Source of the DNA: Bacillota bacterium LX-D
GTDB lineage: Bacteria > Bacillota > DUOV01 > Zhaonellaceae
Direction of reading: 5' to 3'
NCBI GenBank assembly: GCA_031628995.1
Contig: JAVLUO010000010.1
Location: 35,003-59,002 of the forward strand
DNA: 24,000 bases
Below the pieces are notes generated by a model. That model was not told where the DNA came from, made no database searches, and saw nothing but the letters and a program-made list of their open reading frames with translations. The translations under genes and the position numbers were made by a program. How positions within the stretch are numbered: position 1 is the stretch's first letter; every line of letters starts with the position of its first letter. Of this stretch, positions 8,556 to 16,541 are shown piece after piece.

Positions 8556-9626
8556 TTAGATTTCTGGGGTGGTGACTCCGGCAGCGTCAAAAGTAAGCAT
8601 TTTATTAATTACCTGGGCAGCTGCTTCTACGATATTCATAGCTAGGGCTGCACCTGTCCCTTCTCCTAAGCGAAGGTTTAAATTAAGCAAAGGTCTTAGT
8701 CCCAACTCCTGCAGCATAAAGCTGTGGCCGTATTCCTTGGAACGATGGGCAGCAATCATATAATCTAAGGAATTAGGGGCTATTGTCTTAGCCAGCAGTG
8801 CTCCGGCTGTGGAAATAAATCCATCGACGATAACAGGTATCCGATAATAAGCTGCTCCTAAAATGACTCCAGCAATTCCTCCAATTTCAAAGCCTCCAAC
8901 TTTGGCCAGCACATCTACTGGGTCTTTGGGATCAGGCTTATTTATTTCAAGTGCTTGCTGAATTACCCTGGCTTTATTTTCTAAGGCTTCGTCTGTAATT
9001 CCAGTGCCTCTTCCTGTAACTTCACGAGGTGGAAGTCCAAAGAGGGCAGCTAAAATGGCAGTGCTAGGCGTTGTATTGCCAATGCCCATATCTCCTGTAG
9101 CTACTAACTGAACTCCTTGGTCTACCAGTTGACCGACAATTTTAATGCCGGTCAGCAAAGCTGCTTCAGCCTGTTCCCTAGTCATAGCAGCTTCTTTGGC
9201 CATATTTTTTGTGCCCGGGGCAATCCGGCAGGAGATAATCTTGCCTTCCTGGGCAAGGCCGCTTAAATCTGCGGCCACACCCATATCCACAACAACTACT
9301 TGGGCTCCTGCTACTTGGGAAAGAACATTAATGGCGGCACCACCCATAATAAAATTATTAACCATTTGAGGGGTAACTTCTTGCAGAAAAGCACTTACTC
9401 CTTCTTCTACGACGCCGTGATCTCCTGCCATGGTAATTACAGTTTTCTTATGGACAGAAGGCTGTAATGTTTCTTGAATAGCCGCCAGCTGTTCGGCTAT
9501 AACTAGCAGCTCTCCTAAACTACCCTGGGGAATGGCTAAGGTATCTAGATAGTTTTTAGCTTTTTTACGCCATTGGGTACTTACAGGTTTAATAGCAGCA
9601 ATAAATTTTTGCAATTCTGAATTCAT
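8556..9626 (-). CDS. cobT: Nicotinate-nucleotide--dimethylbenzimidazole phosphoribosyltransferase
   Basis: 356 aa with AGDHGVVEEGVSAF, MGIGNTTPSTAI, VDGFISTAGALLA and HRSKEYGH; preceded by AAAGGAGG. Confidence 0.96.
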   Translation of the reverse strand: MNSELQKFIAAIKPVSTQWRKKAKNYLDTLAIPQGSLGELLVIAEQLAAIQETLQPSVHKKTVITMAGDHGVVEEGVSAFLQEVTPQMVNNFIMGGAAINVLSQVAGAQVVVVDMGVAADLSGLAQEGKIISCRIAPGTKNMAKEAAMTREQAEAALLTGIKIVGQLVDQGVQLVATGDMGIGNTTPSTAILAALFGLPPREVTGRGTGITDEALENKARVIQQALEINKPDPKDPVDVLAKVGGFEIGGIAGVILGAAYYRIPVIVDGFISTAGALLAKTIAPNSLDYMIAAHRSKEYGHSFMLQELGLRPLLNLNLRLGEGTGAALAMNIVEAAAQVINKMLTFDAAGVTTPEI

Positions 9627-9722
9627 TTCTTTTTCCTCCTTTTTTCAGGAAGTACATGTATGTACTGAAACCATAAACATGTCCTCTTATATAAAGTATA
9701 ATTATAAAGTATAATTTGCTGG

Positions 9723-10460
9723 TTAAAACTTAGTAAAGATAATTAACAACACCATTAAGGACAGTACTTCGATACATTCATGAACAGCACCTAAAGTATC
9801 TCCGGTGATTCCGCCAATTTTTTTCCAGACATACCATTGTAAAAAAGCAGTACCTGCCAAAATGCTCAGTAAAAATAGGATACTTAGATAATGCAGCAGA
9901 AAGAAAGCAGCAAAGAGTACTGTAAAAGAGTTAAAAAAGAGTTGCCAATAGCCCACATATTGGGTAAAGCTGCCAGTACCGGTGGAACGGGCATATTTAT
10001 AAAAGGCAGCTCCATATACTTGGGACCAGCGCCCCAAAGCAGAAGCCAGTACCAAAGCGATTCCCTGACCTGCCAAAGGTATTTGGCTAAGGAGCACATA
10101 TTTCAGCAGCAATGCTAGTGCTCCTGCAGTTACTCCATTGGAGCCTACTCTGCTGTCTTTCATAATTTCTAAAATACGTTCCTTGGGCCTGCCGCTAAAA
10201 AGACCATCAGCAGTATCCATGAGGCCATCATAGTGTAAATTTCCCGTACTAAAAATTAAAAAAGCTAAGGCCAAAAGGTTGCAGACGGGAATGGGCAGCA
10301 AATAAGATAGTCCATACCTTAAAGCTGCGGAACATCCTCCTAAAAGCAGTCCCACTAAGGAAAAATAGGACATAGCTTTAGCAATATTTTTTTCGTCTAT
10401 GGGTCTGGTAATGGTAATAGGAAACTTTGTTAAAAATTGGACTGCAATTAAAAATTCCAT
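9723..10460 (-). CDS. cobS: Adenosylcobinamide-GDP ribazoletransferase (cobalamin synthase)
   Basis: 245 aa membrane protein: FLTKFPI, HYDGLMDTADGLFSG, MKDSRVGSNGV, GDTLGAVHECIEV. Confidence 0.94.
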   Translation of the reverse strand: MEFLIAVQFLTKFPITITRPIDEKNIAKAMSYFSLVGLLLGGCSAALRYGLSYLLPIPVCNLLALAFLIFSTGNLHYDGLMDTADGLFSGRPKERILEIMKDSRVGSNGVTAGALALLLKYVLLSQIPLAGQGIALVLASALGRWSQVYGAAFYKYARSTGTGSFTQYVGYWQLFFNSFTVLFAAFFLLHYLSILFLLSILAGTAFLQWYVWKKIGGITGDTLGAVHECIEVLSLMVLLIIFTKF

Positions 10461-10477
10461 AAGTAATGCCTCCGTTA

Positions 10478-11848
10478 TTACTTCTCGTTGCTAATTGGCA
10501 AAGAACCGGACACTGTTCTGGAAGCGGTTTTCGTTTTTAATGCTCTCGAGTACAGCAGAGAACTGACGCATAGACTTAAGAAATAACTAATGTCAGCTCC
10601 ACCTAAATAAGTAGCCAAGGGGCCCGTATAGAGGACTGAACTCATAAAGGGGATGGAAACAGCTACACCGCAGATAAAGGCACCAACGCCTTGCCAACCC
10701 ATTGTTACATTTTGCAGTTCAGGATGTACTTTACGGTAATAAAAATCACACAGGATTACACCTACCCAGGGAGCGATCCAGTAAGAGAGGAGAAGTAAAA
10801 AATTTTCATACATACTAGATAATTCTCCGTGGCCAAAAGATATGGACAAAGCTCCTAAGCAGGCAATTAAAAGAGCTGATGTCCAGCGTTTGAGGGGCAG
10901 CCCCATAGTTAAAGCTGCCAAGCCCCCGCTGTACATAGCCATGGCGTTAACAGGTAAAATGCTAAGGATAATTGTAATGAGAGCAGGGATAGTAAAAGCA
11001 CCCATTAATTGGGCAAAGAAATCCATGGGACCTGTGTGCATGCCTAAGCTTGCTGTTAAAGCACCTAGGATTTCCAGCCAAATGCAAACAGAGCAAGCCC
11101 CCCAAAAGGAAAAGTTTAGAATTTTCCTCTTAGAGGTATTAGCAGGAAGATAGCGGGCATAGTCTGCTCCAATGGGGCAATAGCTGATTTGATAGGAAAA
11201 TGCTACGGCAATTGTGAGGATAAACATACCCAAACTAAAACCGCCAGCAGTGTTTGGTCCGGCCTGAGCTAAAATTTCCGGCAAGTTCTGGACAGTGATG
11301 ACAGACATGATGAGAAAAAGCACTCCGACAATAATGGACATCCAGTGAGCAAAAGAGTGAATAAAATTATAACCATAAATAGCAACTAACAGTGTTGCAG
11401 CTGTAAGAACTAAAAGAGAAAGATGATAGCTTAAAGGGACGATTTTTTGGAGAGCCATAATGGCCAGCACTAGATTCACAGCCAGCCAACCAATATTATT
11501 AATTAGGCTTAAAAAGGATAAGCCAAAAACGCCCGCTTTACCCATGGCTTTTTTGCTAGCGGGAATTAGGGGCTGCCCTAACTCTGGCCCTAGGGTAGAG
11601 ATCATTCCTAAACAGAAAGCGCCGAACACATTGCCTATGAGAATTGCTAAAATGGCGTACTTTAAGGACAAACCAAATTCAATGCCTAAAAAGCCCGTAA
11701 ACCAGCTGACTACGTTTAAATTAATGGCAAACCAAATAGTAAACATTTGCCTCGGGTGGCCATGGCGTTCCTTCTGGGGAATTGGTTCAATTCCATAGGG
11801 TTCAACTTCCAAGACATTTTCCTGGTAGGATTTTTCTTCCATTTCCAT
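10478..11848 (-). CDS. NCS1-family (cytosine/purine/thiamine/allantoin-type) permease
   Basis: 456 aa polytopic membrane protein: N-terminus GIEPIPQKERHGHPRQMFTIWFAINLNVVSWFTG...LG and PIGADYARYLP are typical of NCS1/CodB-like permeases. First gene behind riboswitch A. Confidence 0.85.
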   Translation of the reverse strand: MEMEEKSYQENVLEVEPYGIEPIPQKERHGHPRQMFTIWFAINLNVVSWFTGFLGIEFGLSLKYAILAILIGNVFGAFCLGMISTLGPELGQPLIPASKKAMGKAGVFGLSFLSLINNIGWLAVNLVLAIMALQKIVPLSYHLSLLVLTAATLLVAIYGYNFIHSFAHWMSIIVGVLFLIMSVITVQNLPEILAQAGPNTAGGFSLGMFILTIAVAFSYQISYCPIGADYARYLPANTSKRKILNFSFWGACSVCIWLEILGALTASLGMHTGPMDFFAQLMGAFTIPALITIILSILPVNAMAMYSGGLAALTMGLPLKRWTSALLIACLGALSISFGHGELSSMYENFLLLLSYWIAPWVGVILCDFYYRKVHPELQNVTMGWQGVGAFICGVAVSIPFMSSVLYTGPLATYLGGADISYFLSLCVSSLLYSRALKTKTASRTVSGSLPISNEK

Positions 11849-11867
11849 TGTTCTTCCTCCTTAAATT

Positions 11868-11918
11868 ATTTAATAAAAAGAAAAGTCCACATCCTAATAA
11901 TAGGTGTGGACTTTACCT
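11868..11918 (-). terminator. Intrinsic terminator of riboswitch A (expression platform upstream of the NCS1 permease)
   Basis: Minus strand AAAGTCCACACCTATTATTAGGATGTGGACTTTTCTTTTTATT: about 14-bp stem with one bulge, followed by a T-rich tract. Confidence 0.8.
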
Positions 11919-12106
11919 TCATCCTCACTTAAACTTTTACTCGAGGCAGCAGTTTTTCTAGGCAGTCTCCAACTCCGGGAACAGCACTTAATTGCCTCTT
12001 TTCTGGCACAGAGTGGTAAAAAATAAAGCTCCCTCTAAAGATAACTTTACATCGTTCCTTAACCTAACTTGTTACCACTTCCACGCAGATTATGAGCATA
12101 CTACTT

Positions 12107-12246
12107 TGGCAGGTCTTCTGACTCAAGGCTATCTACTTGCTCACCTTCCCAGCATAAGCCAGTGGTTATCGAGCTTTCGGACCTTACTACAGCGGCGGGA
12201 CCGTATCCTTTAAATGGATTTTCCTATTCTCCAAAATTGGCACCAA
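12107..12246 (-). promoter_or_regulatory. Cobalamin (B12) riboswitch aptamer A, upstream of NCS1 permease-cobS-cobT-bzaCDE
   Basis: Minus strand: GGTGCCAATTTTGGAGAATAGGAAAATCC, GGTCCCGCCGCTGTAG, ATAACCACTGGCTTATGCTGGGAAGG and AGTCAGAAGACCTGCC match conserved cobalamin aptamer segments. Confidence 0.92.
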
Positions 12247-12271
12247 AGAGTAATTAGTTTTAACTTTTAAT

Positions 12272-12313
12272 TTATCTTGCTATAACTTAGTTTAACAAGT
12301 TATAGCAAGATAA
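12272..12313. repeat. 17-bp perfect inverted repeat (hairpin or dyad)
   Basis: TTATCTTGCTATAACTT (12272-12288), 8-nt loop AGTTTAAC, AAGTTATAGCAAGATAA (12297-12313); arms are exact reverse complements. Confidence 0.9.
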
Positions 12314-12316
12314 TTT

Positions 12317-12346
12317 ATTATAATATTTATTCAACATAATCAACAA
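12317..12346 (-). promoter_or_regulatory. Candidate promoter for riboswitch A transcript
   Basis: Minus strand TATAAT (12322-12317) with TTGTTG 18 nt upstream (12346-12341). The -35 is weak. Confidence 0.45.
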
Positions 12347-12462
12347 TTTTCCTGCTAGTAATAGAAAAATTCAAAATAAATTTAACTATTTTTTAAATTT
12401 TTTGATTGTTTTGGCGTTGCTATTTAAAGACAAAATTTTAATAGAAAAAACAATAAATGTCC

Positions 12463-12490
12463 TTGTATCTGTATGTAAGCGGAATATAAT
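12463..12490 (+). promoter_or_regulatory. Candidate promoter of the KimA-like permease gene
   Basis: TTGTAT (12463-12468), 16-nt spacer, TATAAT (12485-12490). Confidence 0.45.
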
Positions 12491-12531
12491 AAGTAATCAT
12501 TATATTCATCTAAGGAAAGAAGTGTTTAAAG

Positions 12532-14451
12532 GTGAGTTTTAGTTTAATCAAGAGAATCTTAATTGGTCCTCCATTAAAAACAGCTGAGCTGGCTCAACAG
12601 AAAATAGGCAACTTCAAAGCACTGGCTATTTTTTCATCAGATGCATTATCCTCTGTCGCATATGGCACTGAGGAAATACTCTGGGTTTTAGTTGCCGCTT
12701 TAGCATTTAACCTAACTTTGCCAATTTTACTTGCCATAGTCTGCTTACTGGCTTTATTGACCATCAGTTACCGTCAAACAATTTATGAATACCCAAATGG
12801 TGGAGGGTCATTTATCGTCGCCAAGGAAAATTTAGGTTTATACCCCGGTTTAATTGCAGCAGCATCTTTGACAACGGATTATGTATTAACAGTAGCCGTA
12901 TCTGTTTCTGCAGGAATTGCAGCCATAACTTCTGCTTATCCTCAGCTATTGCCATTTAAAGTTGAACTTTGTTTATTATCTATTTGCTTAATTATGCTTG
13001 TAAACTTGCGAGGCATACAAGCATCCGGAACCATATTCGCCATTCCTACTTATGCTTTTCTTTTCTCAACGCTGCTTCTGATTGTCATGGGCTTGCTGAA
13101 AATCCACCAAGGCAATTTTGAGTTAGCTCCCAGCCATCTTCCAATGCATCCTGCCGTGGATTCTGTAACAATATTACTGGTTTTAAGAGCCTTTTCTGCA
13201 GGCTGTACATCTCTGACAGGTGTTGAAGCTATTAGCAACGGGGTACCGGCTTTTCGCAGCCCCGAATCTCATAATGCCGCCAAAACAATGGTTTGGATGG
13301 CTATAGCTTTAGGTATCATGTCTTTAGGTATGGGCTTTTTAGCTTCAGCAATACATATAGTTCCTCATCATGATGAAACTGTAATGAGTCAAATTGCAGG
13401 AATTGTTTTTGGCAAAAACAGTCTTTTTTATATTTTGCATCAGTGGTTTACTATGTTAATTTTAATTTTAGCAGCCAATACAAGTTTTGCAGGTTTCCCC
13501 AGGCTGGGATATATTTTAGCTAAAAGTGGTTTTGTGCCTCGTTCCATGGCTATGAAAGGTGATCGTTTAGTTTATAGCAATGGAATTATTATCCTTGCAG
13601 CTATTGCCGGGCTGCTGATTATAATTTTTCATGGTACTCAGCACTTTTTAATGCCCTTATATGCCATTGGAGTGTTTCTCTCCTTTACATTGTCCCAGGG
13701 TGGAATGGTTATGCACTGGGTTAGATTGAGAAAAGAGAAAAAGGTCCTTGTGCCTTTGCTCATTAATGGCATTGGAGCTCTGGCGACAGGGATCGTTTTA
13801 GTAGTGCTTGCCTGGACAAAATTTACCCATGGGGCTTGGGTCGTACTTTTAATTATTCCTTTCTTCGTTATGTTGTTTAAAAGCATAAATGAACATTATG
13901 CTGCAGTTAGAGCAGAGTTAAAAGTTGGTAAACATGTAGAGATTATTCCCCAAGAAAAACAGCATTTAATTGTCTTGGCCATTGGGGGAACAACTAAAGT
14001 TGCTCGGGATACGGTAGATTATATTTTAACTTTAGTCAATAACCATACTATGATTAGGGCGGTACATGTTAATGTACATAAAGAAGGCCACGAAAAGACT
14101 ATTGAAAGGATTAGGGAATTTTCTACTTGGGTAGAAAATAAAATACCTTTAGACGTACTTGAAAGCCCCTATCGGTCTATTTTAGAGCCTTTAGAAAATT
14201 ATATGCTGGAATTACGCAGAAACTACCCCGATTACACCATTACAATGGCAATTCCGGAATTTTTGACAAGCAACAAACTGGCTAATTTTTTGTTGCATGG
14301 TGATACAGGCAGGTTAATTTACAATCATTTTACAGAGCTAGAGTTTAATGTAATCTTCGTGCCCTATAGAATCAAGACTACGTCTAAAACCGAAAATAAA
14401 AAGTGTTGTCAAAATAACATTGAGGATGCTATAATGATAAAAAATAAATAA
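12532..14451 (+). CDS. APC-superfamily permease, KimA (YdaO)-like potassium transporter
   Basis: 639 aa, GTG start with upstream AAGGAAAG. LIGPPLKTAELAQQKIGNFKALAIFSSDALSSVAYGTEEIL, YPNGGGSFIVAKENLG, AFSAGCTSLTGVEAISN and the C-terminal cytosolic domain match the KimA/YdaO family. Confidence 0.8.
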   Translation: MSFSLIKRILIGPPLKTAELAQQKIGNFKALAIFSSDALSSVAYGTEEILWVLVAALAFNLTLPILLAIVCLLALLTISYRQTIYEYPNGGGSFIVAKENLGLYPGLIAAASLTTDYVLTVAVSVSAGIAAITSAYPQLLPFKVELCLLSICLIMLVNLRGIQASGTIFAIPTYAFLFSTLLLIVMGLLKIHQGNFELAPSHLPMHPAVDSVTILLVLRAFSAGCTSLTGVEAISNGVPAFRSPESHNAAKTMVWMAIALGIMSLGMGFLASAIHIVPHHDETVMSQIAGIVFGKNSLFYILHQWFTMLILILAANTSFAGFPRLGYILAKSGFVPRSMAMKGDRLVYSNGIIILAAIAGLLIIIFHGTQHFLMPLYAIGVFLSFTLSQGGMVMHWVRLRKEKKVLVPLLINGIGALATGIVLVVLAWTKFTHGAWVVLLIIPFFVMLFKSINEHYAAVRAELKVGKHVEIIPQEKQHLIVLAIGGTTKVARDTVDYILTLVNNHTMIRAVHVNVHKEGHEKTIERIREFSTWVENKIPLDVLESPYRSILEPLENYMLELRRNYPDYTITMAIPEFLTSNKLANFLLHGDTGRLIYNHFTELEFNVIFVPYRIKTTSKTENKKCCQNNIEDAIMIKNK

Positions 14452-14466
14452 TTTTTAAGGCAATGG

Positions 14467-14509
14467 AGCCTATAAGTTGCACATCTGTGTACACTTATAG
14501 GCTTTTTTA
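14467..14509 (+). terminator. Strong intrinsic terminator between the KimA-like gene and glnA (possible attenuator of glnA)
   Basis: AGCCTATAAG...CTTATAGGCT 10-bp perfect outer stem followed by a run of 6 T (TTTTTTATTT). Confidence 0.85.
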
Positions 14510-14535
14510 TTTACCAAGAAGTGGAGGGGTATATA

Positions 14536-15858
14536 ATGACTATTGAAGATGTTTTAAAAAAAGCAGAGGAGAATGATGTTAATTCTATTCGGTTGCAATT
14601 TACGGATATTTTTGGAATTTTAAAAAATGTGGCTATTCCCAGGGAGCAATTGCAAAAAGCTTTAGAGGGAGAGCTGATGTTTGATGGTTCATCTATTGAT
14701 GGTTTTGTGCGGATTGAAGAATCGGATATGTATTTAAAGCCAGACCCCAATAGTTTTACGATTTTTCCCTGGCGTTCTCAGGAAGGAAATGTAGCCCGTT
14801 TAATTTGCGATATTTATAATTCAGATGGTACACCATTTGAAGGATGCCCAAGAAATGTACTGAAAAAAGTTTTGGCTGAAGCAGCTGAATTAGGCTATTC
14901 CTTTTATGTCGGACCTGAAGCTGAATTCTTTTTATTCCATACAGATGAACAAGGGCATCCTACCTTGCACACCCAAGACAATGCAGGCTACTTCGATTTG
15001 TCACCTGTAGACTTAGGAGAAAATTGCCGGAATGATATTGTTGTAGCTCTGCAAAAAATGGGCTTTGAAATTGAAGCATCTCACCATGAAGTAGCACCTG
15101 GCCAGCATGAAATTGACTTTAAATATGCGGATGCTTTAACTACTGCTGACAATGTGGTTACATTTAAATTCATCGTTCGTACTATTGCGCAGCGGCATGG
15201 ACTTCATGCTACCTTTATGCCTAAGCCCATTGCTGGCATTAATGGTTCTGGGATGCATGCTAATCAATCTTTATATACTGAAAATGGCAATGCTTTTCAT
15301 GATCCTCAAGGGGAATTAGGCTTAAGTCCTGAAGCTTACTACTATATTGGCGGTTTGCTCAAGCACGCTAAAGCTATGGCTGCAATTACTAACCCAACGG
15401 TCAATTCCTATAAACGTTTAGTTCCTGGCTATGAAGCTCCCGTTTATTTAGCATGGTCAGCTTGCAACCGCAGTCCTTTAATTCGGATTCCAGCTAAAAG
15501 AGGTGCTTCCACCAGGGTAGAACTTCGCAACCCGGATCCATCTTGCAACCCATACTTAGCATTTGCTGTAATGCTTAAAGCTGGTTTGGACGGCATTAAA
15601 AATAAAATTACTCCGCCTAACCCCATTGACTTAAATATTTATAACTTAGATGCAGCAGAACGTTCCGATATGGGCATCGATAGTTTACCGGCAAATCTAA
15701 AAGAAGCATTAGGCTGCTTAAAAGAAGATGAAACAATCAAAGCTGCTTTAGGCGAACACGCGTATAGTCGCTATATGGAAGCTAAAAACTTGGAATGGGA
15801 CGAATATAAAATGCAAGTTCACACTTGGGAAATTAAGCAGTATCTAAATAAGTTTTAA
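14536..15858 (+). CDS. glnA: Glutamine synthetase type I
   Basis: [85 protein letters not shown]. Start placed at ATG 14536 because GGAGGGG (14523-14529) is an SD. The ORF-track start at 14521 lies upstream of this SD. Confidence 0.97.
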   Translation: MTIEDVLKKAEENDVNSIRLQFTDIFGILKNVAIPREQLQKALEGELMFDGSSIDGFVRIEESDMYLKPDPNSFTIFPWRSQEGNVARLICDIYNSDGTPFEGCPRNVLKKVLAEAAELGYSFYVGPEAEFFLFHTDEQGHPTLHTQDNAGYFDLSPVDLGENCRNDIVVALQKMGFEIEASHHEVAPGQHEIDFKYADALTTADNVVTFKFIVRTIAQRHGLHATFMPKPIAGINGSGMHANQSLYTENGNAFHDPQGELGLSPEAYYYIGGLLKHAKAMAAITNPTVNSYKRLVPGYEAPVYLAWSACNRSPLIRIPAKRGASTRVELRNPDPSCNPYLAFAVMLKAGLDGIKNKITPPNPIDLNIYNLDAAERSDMGIDSLPANLKEALGCLKEDETIKAALGEHAYSRYMEAKNLEWDEYKMQVHTWEIKQYLNKF

Positions 15859-15889
15859 TAACTCTAACAAAATATAAGGAGTGCTTAAT

Positions 15890-16459
15890 TTGGCTGGGGT
15901 ATACATTGCCGTCAGTAACCTGCAAACTAGCAATAAAATAAAAAGCATACTGCAGCAAAATGGTTATGCAGTTATTGGTCAGTCCCAAGATGCTCCAAAT
16001 TCTATTCGCCAAATTAATACCCTTTTACCAGAATTGATTATTTTAGGCAGCGATCTGAAAGGAGTAAATTTTTGGCAGCTTCTAGGAGCGTTGGCTGAGA
16101 CAAAAACACCAATTGTGCTTTTACTAAAAGAGTGGCAGCAAAGCATGATTAAACATGCTCAGCATTACAATGTTTTTGCTTTTGTTGGTGAGCCTGTTAG
16201 CCTCTTGAATTTATTGCCTGCCGTAAGCACTGCTTTGGCTAATGCTGAACGATTGCGCCATCTCAATGCTGAAATTGGTAGATTGAAAAATGATTTAGCC
16301 GCTAGAAAAACAGTGGAGAAGGCAAAGGGGCTTTTAACACAGCATTATAATCTGACTGAAGATCAGGCTTATAAATATTTGCGAAAATATGCCATGGATC
16401 ATTCGAAAACCATGCAGCAAGTAGCTCAAGCAATTTTGCTTAAATTAAACCAACATTAG
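15890..16459 (+). CDS. Response-regulator-like protein with C-terminal ANTAR RNA-binding domain (putative transcription antiterminator)
   Basis: C-terminal RKTVEKAKGLLTQHYNLTEDQAYKYLRKYAMDHSKTMQQVAQAIL matches the ANTAR domain. N-terminal receiver-like domain lacks an obvious acidic phosphorylation pocket. Proposed TTG start at 15890 behind AAGGAG (15877-15882); the ORF-track GTG at 15881 overlaps the SD. Confidence 0.85.
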   Translation: MAGVYIAVSNLQTSNKIKSILQQNGYAVIGQSQDAPNSIRQINTLLPELIILGSDLKGVNFWQLLGALAETKTPIVLLLKEWQQSMIKHAQHYNVFAFVGEPVSLLNLLPAVSTALANAERLRHLNAEIGRLKNDLAARKTVEKAKGLLTQHYNLTEDQAYKYLRKYAMDHSKTMQQVAQAILLKLNQH

Positions 16460-16471
16460 AGTAAGATTAAG

Positions 16472-16521
16472 GCCAAAGAGGCCTGTAAGTAATAAAGCTT
16501 ACAGGCCTCTTTGGCTTTTTT
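16472..16521 (+). terminator. Intrinsic terminator after the glnA-ANTAR unit; may serve both strands
   Basis: 18-bp perfect stem GCCAAAGAGGCCTGTAAG (16472-16489) / CTTACAGGCCTCTTTGGC (16498-16515), followed by TTTTTTT. Confidence 0.92.
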
Positions 16522-16541
16522 TAAAGAGCTATTATCTTATT

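Noticed and set aside
11747-12213. Plus-strand ORFs 11747..11932 and 11992..12213
   Set aside because: Antisense to the permease 5' end, terminator, spacer and riboswitch A; no SD and no recognisable domain.
12347-12531. Possible ydaO/c-di-AMP riboswitch before the KimA-like permease
   Set aside because: Looked for it because KimA is often so regulated, but the AT-rich leader lacks the GC-rich conserved ydaO motif segments. Only a plausible promoter and SD are seen.
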